Positions 22,712 to 33,530 of a stretch of DNA of 64,000 bases are shown here, in pieces. Source of the DNA: Macrostomum lignano (taxonomy: Eukaryota); contig NIVC01000621.1 in assembly GCA_002269645.1 (NCBI GenBank), positions 1 through 64,000 on the forward strand, in the 5' to 3' direction. A model generated the notes under the pieces. It had not been told where the DNA came from, did no database searches, and saw nothing but the letters and a program-made list of their open reading frames with translations. Position numbers and translations under genes: made by a program. How positions within the stretch are numbered: the first letter of the stretch is position 1; each line of letters begins with the position of its first letter.

Positions 22712-25700
22712 TCACTGATCAGCCTGATTGTCGTACAGCACCAGCCGCATCAGTTTATCGTACACGCCCGCATGCTGCGGCCCAAGTGCCTCGCGAACTC
22801 GCCGTTCAGTCTCGTCGACGGTCACATTGTCGTCGCGTTCCAACTGCTCAGCCAAGTCGTAGGCCGGCAGCAGCTTGGTGAACCCGATCTCCGACTCCAG
22901 TTCCGCTCGAAGTCGCTCGGCCAGCACTACGGGATCGCCAACCGACGTCTCGTTTTCGTCGTCGTTATCCATCGGCAAGCCGTCGTCGTCGTCCCATTCC
23001 GTGGTGGCAATCGACGGCGAGGGCGAAGGCGACGGCGAGGGCGACGGCGACGGCGACAAAGCCGCCGCCTTGCCGAGCGCGTCGCCCATCGAACGGTGAA
23101 TTTCGTCCATCTCGCTATCTTCGTCGTTGTCATTTTCGTCGAGTTCGTCCATACCTTCGCCGACTGATTTGCCGCGTTTGCACAACCTGACGCTCAAATA
23201 TTCGTTGGCCTGATCGAATACATCGTCGTCCTCTTTTTTGGCGTTGTCGGCAGATTTTTGTTGCTGCTGCTGTGGCTGCTTAAATTGCTGCAAGCTGCAG
23301 AGGCCCTCGGGAATTGAGCTGGCTCGCACCAGAGCGCTGGCCTGCTGCCGCTTCGGCTGCTGCTGCTGCTGTTGCTGCTTTTTCTCTTCTAGCATAGCCC
23401 GGAAACCGTGAATCACTTCCCACAGCTCCTCCGGGGTGGGCTTGCGCCTATTAGCCGCGGCGTCTGCTGCATTTTCCAGAGCGGCTGGACCTTCGGCAAC
23501 CAGAGAGCCCAGCAGCTCATTGGCGTCATCATCCTCCAGCTCAAGCTGCTTCAGCGTCTCAAACATGCTCTGGCGCACCTCCCGCTCCTGCTGATCGGCG
23601 GCTGTGTACGGGAATGTAGGGTGGGTATCGTGGGCGTGAATCGCACGACCACCTTCCGCTAAATTTTTGTGTCCCAAATTGTGTCCTAAAGCCCCAAATT
23701 AATGAATGAACTACGGGTTGGTGATAGGCACTTTCTAATAAAATGGTTGGCCAAATAAAATCATCAACAGCATGGGGGATTTGGAAGCATCTGGAAGCTT
23801 GAAAAGCCGGATAAAAAATAGGAGGCTGTGTACATCCAGTGGAGTAATTAATAACTGATTACAGTATACCTGCCCTAATGGCCATATGTGCAACCGACAG
23901 CTCTAGCGCGGCGCATCTGAAGGCTGCGTACGGCTGTTCAGTGCAAGGACTGGGGGGTGGGGTCACCATGTACACCCTCAATTACCCCAGCTAATGCTGG
24001 CACCCATTTTACTAGCTGGGCGAACTGAAGCAATGCAGAGTTAGGTGTCTTGCTCAATGACACAAATTGTTTCAGTGGGTTCAGAATCGAACCCCGACCT
24101 TTTAGTCGTGAGTCCGACGCTCTAACCTGCATTGCACTGCACTAAACTTTGCATTGTGGCGACCCCCAGTCCATGGACTGAACAGCCGTACGCAGCCTTC
24201 AGATGTGCCGCGCATTACCGACAGTAATCAAATTATGTCGACAATTAATGTCGGTATTGCTGGCGAAAACTCACCATCAAACTCGGCAGTTCCAGCCAAC
24301 AGAGGAGCATTGCCCAGGCGGCGCAGCAGAGTAGATCCCGGTTTCTTATTCTCCCAGGCCTCGCGACGAGCGGCCACAGTTAACGGCTTATCGTCACCAT
24401 TATTCCCTGTAGGAGACGGCAGTTCCTCGGCCACAATCAACGTGTCGCTAGGCGGCAGAGTTGCCGAGTCCGGCTGCAACGGCAACTGTTCCAGGTGCTT
24501 CGCGTTCATTACCCGGCCTTCCCAAGCGTTAGCGGCGGCGGCAGCTCGCTTCCCAGCTATGAGCTCCTTACGCAGACGCCTCTCGTCTGCCGAAGAATTT
24601 GTAGTGGAAGCTGCAGATTTAGCTTCATCATTACTATTGGATACTATTGGTACTACTTTCGTTCGATTGCGGCTGAAGCTTCACTTTCTGTATGGGGCCT
24701 TGCACCTCCTGCAGCACCTGCGACAGCGGCGGCGGAGGCGGCGGCGGCTGCCGCGGCTTATTGGCTGCTGCTGGCTTGCGAGCTAAATTGATTCGATCGA
24801 TTGAAAATATTGGGTTATTATCATAATTATATATAATACTGGCACCGCTTACCCACCCCTAGAATACTGGCACCGCTTACTCCACCCCTAGAATACTGGC
24901 ACCGCTTACCCACCCCTAGAATACTGGCACCGCTTAACCCACCCCTAGAATACTGGCACCGCTTTATCCACCCCTAGAATACTGGCACCGCTTATCCACC
25001 CCTAGAATACTGGCACCGCTTATCCACCCCTAGAATACTGACACCGCTTATCCACCCCTAGAATACTGGCACCGCTTATCCACCCCTAGAATACTGGCAC
25101 CGCTTACCCACCCCTAGAATACTGGCACCGCTTATCCACCCCTAGAATACTGACACCGCTTATCCACCCCTAGAATACTGGCACCGCTTACCCACCCCTA
25201 GAATACTGGCACCGCTTACCCCACCCCTAGAATACTGGCACCGCTTACCCAACCCCCCCCCCCAGAATGCTTGGCTCTGAGCACCCTAGAGTACCTGAAA
25301 GTACCTAAAGTTTTAACAGTAGTAACAGCAGAACGCTGACTCACGAGTAGCCTCCGCCACCTCAGCAGCGGCCGCGGCAACAATGCCAGCAGCCGCGCCG
25401 CCGCCAGCCTTCTGCTGCTTTTTTCTCTCCCAGAAATTGTCCAGCAGTTTCTGGGCTTGATTAGCCGCCTGGCGACCAGCGGCTGCGGCGTTGCGACCAG
25501 CCACGGCGGCCTCTCCAGCGGCAGAAACGGCGGCCGCTGCTGCAGCAGGTTTTTGCTGCTTCTGCTGCAACCGTTGCTGGGGCGTCGGCTCGGCCGGTGA
25601 CCGAGGCGACAGCACATTAACCCAGCCCTCTTGCCGATAAGTGTGCTGCCGCTTCTCCTCCAATTCTTGGCGCTTTTTAGACAGACGCTCCATGTCTTTG

Positions 25701-28308
25701 TTCTGCACGGCCTTGCTGCGCTGCTGCTTCAACAATGGGCTGGCCGCCGGGGACGGTCGCTTCTTCACCTCGTAGGCTTTGCGAATTGCGGCGGCGCGTT
25801 CCGCTTCTCGGCGACGGGCGTCGTTTTGTCGGGACTGCGCCGTTGTACCTCTGGCGCCGCCGACACCGACGCGACCTGGGGTTTGCACCCGGCCAGGTGT
25901 GCCCGGCCTGGGCGAGGCGGCCCCGGCAACCCGGCTATTATTGACAGCTCGGGAAGCCGCCGAAGATTTGCGATTGTTGTTGCCAACATTGATTGGCGGC
26001 ACTCGCTTCTGGGCGGCACCACCGGCGGCTATTGGAGTCTTCGGTCTCGGCGAAGGAGACGGCGAAGGCGACGGCGAAGGCGAAGCTTGAGGCGCCGGTT
26101 TCAGCTGAAGCTGGGCGAGCTCCTGGAGAAGGAATGGCGAATGCAATATTTCCAATAATCCTAAATCTATACTAATCTCTGAACCTATACTGATCCCAAT
26201 AATCCAAATCAATTCTGATCCCAATAATCCAAATCCATACTGATCCCAATAATCCAAATCCGTACTGATCCCAATAATCCAAATCCATACTGATCCTAAA
26301 AATCCAAATCCGTACTGATCCCAATAATCCAAATCCGTTCTGACCCCAATAATCCCAAATCTATACTGACCCTAATAATCCCAAATCTATACTGACCCTA
26401 ATAATCCCAAATCTATACTGACCCCAATGACCCCAATAATCCCAAATCTATACTGACCCCAATAATCCCAAATATGTACTGATCCCAAAAATCCCAAAAC
26501 CTATATTGATCCCAATAATCCTAAATCTATACTGATCACAAAAATCACATCCCGAATTCATACTAATCCTAATAACCATCTCACATCTGCGGACACTGTC
26601 TTGAGCAGTGCCGGGCGCAAGCAGTCTCTCTTAAGCAGAGCTACAACTCCTGGACGATCTCTGCAATTAGAAAAAACAAGTGAAAGTCATTTAGAGCAAG
26701 TTTAATTACTGTGTGCATGTACATGTACACACAGAGGCGCTTAAGTTGGTTTTCTGAGCTCCATGGAATTTCCGTGGACTTTCCTGCAGTACAGAAACTG
26801 TACACACAGTCTACATATAAAATGCTTGTATGTCATCACAAATGGACACAAGTTAAGGACAGCAATAAATTATGCTACTGTCAGTAGCAAAAAATGAACT
26901 TAAACGTTTTTCACTCACTTGGGATTCTTCCTCAGCATAGCGGTGCAGATCGCGCGCAATTCCGCACTGTATTTTGTTGGCAAAGGCGACAGTGCTCCCA
27001 ATTTAATATTCATGTAGAGCGTCTTGACATTTCTGGCACAGAATGCAATTCTCAGAGCCAGCAACTCATACAGGACGCAGCCCATGGACCAGATATCAGT
27101 CTTGTTATTGTAGGCCTCTCCCTTCACAATCTCAGGACTCAAATAATTAGCCGTGCCAATGCCTGTTACGGCAAGTTGCTGAGTAAAATCCAGAGTTTTT
27201 GCAACGCCAAAATCGCCTAGCTTAATAACCTTTCCATTGCGCATCAGGAATATGTTCTTCGGTTTGATGTCCCTGTTGATAGATTAGTGTTAAGTTTATT
27301 ATTGACTTTAATAGTCATTTTACTCGTAAAATAGTTATACACTATAAGTTTATGTCTCCAATTCTTAAAAAATCCGATGACGACCCCCTCAGGTCCTTCG
27401 ATAGGCCACTGACAAACACTCAGGTCCTTCGATAGGCTTCTGACAACCCCCTCAGGTCCTTCGATAGGCTGCTGACAACCCCCTCTGGTCCTTCGATAGG
27501 CTGCTGACAACCCCCTCAGGTCCTTCGATAGGCCACTGACAACCCCCTCAGGTCCTTCGATAGGCTGCTGACAACCCTCTCTGGTCCTTCGATAGGCTGC
27601 TGACAACCCCCTCAGGTCCTTCGATAGGCTGCTGACAACCCCTCAGGTCCTTCGATAGGCCACTGACAATCCTTCTGGTCCTTCGATAGGCTGCTGACAA
27701 CCCCCTCAGATCCTTCGATAGGCTGCTGACAACCCCTCAGGTCCTTCGATAGGCCACTGACAATCCTTCTGGTCCTTCGATAGGCTGCTGACAATCCCTC
27801 TGGTCCTTCGATGGACTGATGGAATAACGTAATCTCTCCTTTGTGTCGCATATACATATCTTCAGAGATAGTATCTATGCATTAAATACAGAGCGCTTAT
27901 ATTCATTAGCATCGCATACCTATGAATAATTCTCCTATCGTGAATATACTTCAAGGCCAGACAGAGCTGAGCAAACCAATCCATTATTAACTCTTCGGCA
28001 AAAGGCATTTTTTGATTGTCAATTCGATCGCACAAGTCTCCGCCGTCGCAAAACTCCATAACGATGCACAGTGAGGTGGGCAGAACAAACGAATCAAAAT
28101 AGCGAACGATACCGGGATGCTCAAACGAGCGCAACAATTGCACCTCCTGGCGAGCCCAGTTCTGTTCGCGCTTATCTTTGAGAGTACTAAGCAAAATCTC
28201 TTTTAAAACACATTGACAGCCATCTGATTTTCGTCGAATTAGTGTGGCATTGCCGAAAGCGCCTTTGCCTATGCGTCGAATAAATTCGTAGGCTGACGGA
28301 CAGGACAT
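22712..28308 (-). CDS. NEK1: NIMA-related kinase NEK1 homolog, 6 exons, with a +1 frameshift near 24645
   Basis: Exons 28308-27920, 27272-26919, 26660-26585, 26122-25345, 24782-24275 and 23658-22712. Kinase motifs IGKGAFG, VLKEI, HR|DIKPKN, KLGDFG, YLSPE, DIWSMG, NPKDRP. C-terminus LRAELESEIGF...LGPQHAGVYDKLMRLV resembles the NEK1 tail. Exon 5 is 508 nt, one more than the phases allow. Confidence 0.87.
23906..24141 (-). mobile_element. tRNA-derived CORE-like SINE, family 2, in NEK1 intron 5
   Basis: Minus strand: GGTTAGAGCG...GGGTTCGATTC (B box), then a CORE-like segment TGTGTCATTGAGCAAGACACCTAAC...GTAAAATGGG. Other copies at 24156-24213 (+, 3' fragment) and 38725-38915 (+). Confidence 0.75.
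24836..25265. repeat. Minisatellite, 28-bp unit (AGAATACTGGCACCGCTTACCCACCCCT), NEK1 intron 4
   Basis: About 15 copies visible. Confidence 0.93.
26150..26580. repeat. Minisatellite, 24-25-bp unit (CCAATAATCCAAATCCATACTGATC), NEK1 intron 3
   Basis: Directly visible. Confidence 0.9.
27380..27815. repeat. Minisatellite, 32-33-bp unit (CCCTCAGGTCCTTCGATAGGCTGCTGACAACC), NEK1 intron 1
   Basis: About 13 copies visible. Confidence 0.93.
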
Positions 28309-28375
28309 TTTCTGATGACTGACTCCACAAAAATTACTTTATTCTAGATGACGAGGGCTACCTTTGAATATACCT

Positions 28376-28388
28376 GTTGCTTAGCAGG
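28376..28388. promoter_or_regulatory. Possible RFX X-box-like site upstream of NEK1
   Basis: GTTGCTTAGCAGG, about 70 nt upstream of the NEK1 ATG, partly matches GTTGCC/TNAGCAAC. NEK1 is a ciliary gene in other animals. Weak match. Confidence 0.25.
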
Positions 28389-28879
28389 AACAAGATTTGG
28401 AAGTTTTTTTCTTAATTCAAACGCTTCAAACAATTGAAAATTGTCTACTTTCTGCAAAAATAATTCCATTGTTTGACAATCTAGTTTAAAACGAGACAAG
28501 CTTTAAGTAAAATTTTATTTGGAGAAAGTTTACTTTCTTGCACCTCAACCTTTCGGTCAAAGGTATCCGTTGGACGAAATTTCATGGACCCCAAGAAGCA
28601 TCAAGCTTTTCCTCTGTGACCTGTTCTTGTTTTAAACTCAAAGTTCGAAGATTAAACGACGATACCTTGCCAATCTTTCTTATCTTTTAAATGGGCACTT
28701 GTACACTAGTGTCAGATCAGATCGCATCGAGTCCTAAACATTAATTGCATTTAAAGCGATAAATGAGGCAAATTCTCCGTTGCATACGATATAAAAAGGC
28801 TGCCATTTTATGAATCATAAATCAGAAAGCCTCTTGAATTGGGGGGCCTAGCCTCAGTTTTATCTGTGAGCTAGGCATA

Positions 28880-30166
28880 CTAGGTGGAACAAAAAGTACT
28901 CGGCCTAACCTAGAAAGGATAAGACTATTGAAATGAAAACTGTATATCTACTTAAGCAACTATTACTTATATGAGCTTATTCTGACTTTCTGCCTTTTAG
29001 CTTTGCATGCCCTAATAGAACCTAAAGTTAGTACCCCCTTGTTTTTCAGCAAAATGTCAAAAATCGAGTTCCGTGCAATCATAAAGTTTTTAGTGAAAGA
29101 GGGTGAAACTCCAACCAATATTCACCAACGCCTGCATGCTGTCTACCCGGATTCTTGCCCGTCATTTTCCACTATCAAGGCTTGGGCAGCCGAATTCAAG
29201 CGGGGCAGAGAGAGCATAGAAGATGACCCCCGCAGTGGCCGGCCTTCAACAGCATGCACTGAAGAGAACAGCTTGGCCATGGAGAAGCTCATCATGGCTG
29301 ACAGGAAACTGTCAATGAGTGAAATAGCCACTACTCTGGGCATCTCTTATGGCTCGGTTTCAACCATTGTGCATGATTTTCTTCAGATGCAGAAAGTCAA
29401 AAGCAAGTGGGTACCCAGAATTCTCACTGTCCAAATGAGGGCTGATTGGGTAGCCTGCTGCAAGGAGCTGCTCGCATTCTTTGATGAATCACCGGATGAC
29501 TTTCTAGCCCGAGTTGTAACCGGTGATGAAAGCTGGGTTCACCACTACGATCCCGAGACTCAGATGGAATCGCGTCAGTGGAAGCACCGAGATTCACCAC
29601 CACCATCCCGCCCACTGAGCAAGGCCTCTGCTGGGAAGATTCTGATGACAGTCTTCTGGGACTGCAATGGCGTGCTGCTAGTGGACTTCTTGGGCCACAA
29701 GCAGACAATCAATGGTGCTTACTACGCCCAGCTGATCAGCCGTCTGCGCGATGCAGTCAAGCAGAAACGCCGTGGGAAGCTGACCCATGGTGTGCTGCTG
29801 CTGCACGACAACGCCCCTGTCCACAAGTCTCGAGTTGCACAGTGTGCCATCCGTGAAGCAGGGTTCGAAGAACTAAATCACCCACCCTACTCACCAGACA
29901 TAGCCCCCAGTGACTTCTTCCTATTTGCCAATTTGAAGAAGGACCTCCGTGGCAAGCAGTTCAGCACCGATCATGAGCTGGTGCAGGCTGTGAGCAGCTG
30001 GTTTGAGTCAAAACCTGTGGACTTCTACCACTCAGGCATCAGTCGGCTGCGCGATCGGTGGCTGCGGGTGCTGAATGCTGATGGGCAGTACATTGAGTGA
30101 CTATAAAAATTTTGAGCCTCACTGCCATCTTTATAGGTTAGGCCGAGAACTTTTTGATCCACCTGG
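28880..30166 (+). mobile_element. Full-length mariner transposon (1287 bp)
   Basis: TA-flanked TIRs CTAGGTGGAACAAAAAGTACTCGGCCTAACCTA / reverse complement CCAGGTGGATCAAAAAGTTCTCGGCCTAACCTA (3 mismatches). Confidence 0.95.
29054..30100 (+). CDS. Mariner D,D34D transposase, 348 aa, uninterrupted
   Basis: ATG at 29054. HTH region and PRSGRP, WVPR, VTGDESW, HDNAPVH, HPPYSPDIAPSDF. Confidence 0.95.
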   Translation: MSKIEFRAIIKFLVKEGETPTNIHQRLHAVYPDSCPSFSTIKAWAAEFKRGRESIEDDPRSGRPSTACTEENSLAMEKLIMADRKLSMSEIATTLGISYGSVSTIVHDFLQMQKVKSKWVPRILTVQMRADWVACCKELLAFFDESPDDFLARVVTGDESWVHHYDPETQMESRQWKHRDSPPPSRPLSKASAGKILMTVFWDCNGVLLVDFLGHKQTINGAYYAQLISRLRDAVKQKRRGKLTHGVLLLHDNAPVHKSRVAQCAIREAGFEELNHPPYSPDIAPSDFFLFANLKKDLRGKQFSTDHELVQAVSSWFESKPVDFYHSGISRLRDRWLRVLNADGQYIE

Positions 30167-30634
30167 TATTCTAGTCAATTTCCAATCCGCCATTATCTTG
30201 CAGCTAGAGTCTGTTTGTCACTCCGAACCTGCAACTCACTTTCCGTATTCCAAATTTGCCAATTGGCTTTGCACACCTTTGATTTCATCCCCAGCTATTG
30301 GATTGGAGTATTTATTCACGATACTCAGTGCCAGACGAATGCAAATTCTGACTTGATGCAGTTCCTATTCCAGTGACATTGTCATTGTATCTCTGTCTCT
30401 CAAGATACCCTTCGTTTCTACTCTCTGTAAGAGAAAGTACAGCTCAGCAGCAGCCAATGACTAACGGTTCAACTCAAAATTTACCACTCATCCCGGTTTG
30501 GCATGGGAACGGGCTGCATTGAGCATTCCATATTTATACGGCTTATTAGTATGCAGCTTAGACTCAAACCCGAATCTCTATATTTCTGCTCTATCACCCA
30601 AAACGCCGGCTATTGTCAAGGAAACAGATTAAGC

Positions 30635-30979
30635 ATGTCAAGCATTCCAGTGAAGCATTGGGAAGCAATGGCTGCTAAACGAGGCGGCGGCAGTAACAGC
30701 TTTAACGGATGGAGCAGGCGCGAACTAACAGCGGCCGGTAAAGTTCGCGAAGTGATTCAGCATTCGTTGCAGCACCAACTGGACCTGATTAATCGGCGCA
30801 AGCTCGAAGCTAGACGAAGAATCGACACAGAAATAATCTATCTTCGACTAGAATACCGTCGGATACGCTGCGTCAGCGTCAGTCCTACAGCAGACGACTG
30901 GCTGGCCATGACAGCTTCAACTCGCGACAAGCTGGCTCGTCAAGGACTGCTATTGAAACGTGGCAACACAAGCCTTTAG
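30635..30979 (+). CDS. Putative small basic coiled-coil protein, 114 aa, unknown function
   Basis: ATG at 30635 follows CAG|ATTAAGC. GC-rich island in AT-rich DNA with a helical segment QHQLDLINRRKLEARRRIDTEIIYLRLEYRRI. No family recognised. Confidence 0.45.
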   Translation: MSSIPVKHWEAMAAKRGGGSNSFNGWSRRELTAAGKVREVIQHSLQHQLDLINRRKLEARRRIDTEIIYLRLEYRRIRCVSVSPTADDWLAMTASTRDKLARQGLLLKRGNTSL

Positions 30980-32894
30980 ACAGTCTATTTGTTACTGAAC
31001 TGTCTGCTATACTAACTGCAGGAAAAAATCGAAAATTGTTATCAAATATACTATATACAGTTTGGTGTATTGACTGAATTTCATGTGTCTCTCTTCTACA
31101 GATATTTTTGTTTCAAAAGTATTTCTGCAAGCGATTTCTACCAGACAATATTTTAATACTGTTGAGTTTTATTGAGTCAGTTCTGTCTTAAAATAAGGCT
31201 AGTATGGTCTAATTGACTTTCGGGAGCCACTGGGCCAGTTTATGGTGACTAAATAAAAGCTTCGAAAGTTTTTAAAAAGACAACTTTTCAAAATAGGCAA
31301 TAAAATAGTGTACTTTGCCTATGCACACTACATGCACATACATTTTATACTACTTAACAGAAGTAATATTGCTTTTGTCGTGTTTTGTGATTGCTTGGCC
31401 AATGACTTCAGCCACCTCTCACTCAAATAACATGAATCTCCACTGCTCAAGTGTCGCTCCATCAGGATTTGTGTTGAAATTCTGTTCTGATGTTCTGATC
31501 TGGGATCGCTATATGCTACAGTGAAAACTCAAGCCATCCATCAAAATTGCTCAGTTTCCATTAGGGTCCAGTTGATGGCAGTAGTCAGCTAAGTGACAGC
31601 TTCTAACCTGCTGGCCTGTACAAATGTTGACTGAATGCGGTGAACAAAAGAATTTTATACTCTTAATAAAACTAACACATATGCCTTTTTTGACTTGCCT
31701 TGCAGGGCAAGGTGGCAGCGATATGTCATCCATTGCGTATAGATATTTGTGGACCTATTATACAAGTTACATATAGCTTAGCTTGACTAACCAATAGAAA
31801 ATGAAAGCGTCTTGTTGTCATTGTAAAAAACTCAAACCATTCCTTTTATTCTGGCTCATTGTTCCATATAGCATGACCAATTAAGTTGTCTATGGCTTGT
31901 TTTCTCAAGTTAATTTAAGCACTTGACCACAGAACTCTAATGGGCCATTCCTTTTTGCATGCCCACTGTTCCACATAGCACAACAAAAGCAATAATAAAG
32001 AATGTCTGGTGTGGTTGTAGCTATGTTGAAAAATCACAAAAGACTTTATATATCATTAGTTTATTGGGCTTCTTAATTAGTCTACACAATTTTGAGATAA
32101 ATTAAACTCAAAATTCCAAGGCAATTTTAATAATCAATTCACTTTTTAACAAAAGCCCATACTTAAAAATAGTTAACTTGTTAATAACCAAGTAGCTAAA
32201 ATTATATAGGATAATTACCATAGTGACTCAAATAAAAATAAAATAAAATGAATAAAAAATACCTTAAACTTTGTTATCCTAAACCAAGATCCTTAGAACT
32301 AGAACTTATACTCATAGAGTTCCAATTGTTAATCTTTAATTCAAGGAACCCAAATCTCAAAAATGGAAAGCTATATATTCATTAGTACTAATATTATTGC
32401 ACTAGCTGAGACATGGATTATTGTCAGTTTTGGGCATAATTCCGATACTCTGATACTCCAATACTATTGGCAATACATTTTGGGTATCGGAGTATTAGAA
32501 GCCAATACTTTTTTGACAATATTAGACTTTGGTAACTTTTGATAAAATTTTCAAATTTTATCAATAGTCCAATACTTTTGAAATTTTGAACATGCAAACA
32601 ATCAAAATTTCTTTAAAATGAATGAAATAGTGATGTAATTTTTATAGAAAGAAATGATAAATACTTCATTTTTTGGTCAACAAGGGTGAAAAAACATATT
32701 TTCTTTCTTAAAACAAGTTTTTAGATAAAAAATAGCCTTCACCATATATATATATACTTTATAATGAGTTGGTAATTACTAATTATCATTAAAATTATAT
32801 TATTTATTTATCAATTATCATGCTGCAAGTTCTGCAACACTTTTATTGTTAGTCACTAATTGCCAATTGATTTTACAATTACAATTACAAACAT

Positions 32895-33530
32895 AAAAAG
32901 CCACCATGTAAAACATTTATGTGACTCCATGTCAAACATTAAAGAGCTACCATGTTAGACATATATATGACTTCATGTCAAACATATTTGTGACTCCTTG
33001 TCAGACATTAAAGAGTAACCTTGTCAAACATATACATGACTCCATGTCAAACATTGAAGTGACACCATGCTGAACATTAAAGAGCAACCATGTCAAACAT
33101 AAAGAGCCACCATGTCAACCATAAAAGAGCCACCATGTAAAACATATATGTGACTCCATGTCAAACATAACATATATGTGACTCCATGTCAAAAATTAAA
33201 GAGCCACCATGTCAAGCATAAAAGAGCCACTGTGTCAAACATTAAAGAGCCACCATGTCAAACATTAAAGAGCCACCATGTTGAACACTAAAGAGCCATG
33301 TCAAACATAAAAGAGCCACCATGTAAAATATATACATGATTCCATGTCAAACATATACATGACTCAATGTCAAACATATATGTGACTCTATGCCAAACAT
33401 ATATGTGACTCCATGTCAAACATATATGTGACTCCATGTCAAACATATATGTGACTCCATGTCAAAAATTAAAGAGCCACCATGTCAAGCATAAAAGAGC
33501 CACCATGTCAAACATAAAGAAACACCATTT
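32895..33530. repeat. Minisatellite, about 23-bp unit (CATGTCAAACATTAAAGAGCCAC and variants)
   Basis: Directly visible. Confidence 0.88.

Noticed and set aside
22772-26158. Plus-strand ORFs overlapping NEK1 (e.g. 24154-24786, 25631-26158)
   Set aside because: They are antisense shadows of GC-rich NEK1 exons with no recognisable motifs.
21690-27815. 28-33-bp repeat arrays resembling CRISPR repeats in length
   Set aside because: Units are head-to-tail with no unique spacers, there are no cas genes, and the context is eukaryotic introns or intergenic DNA.
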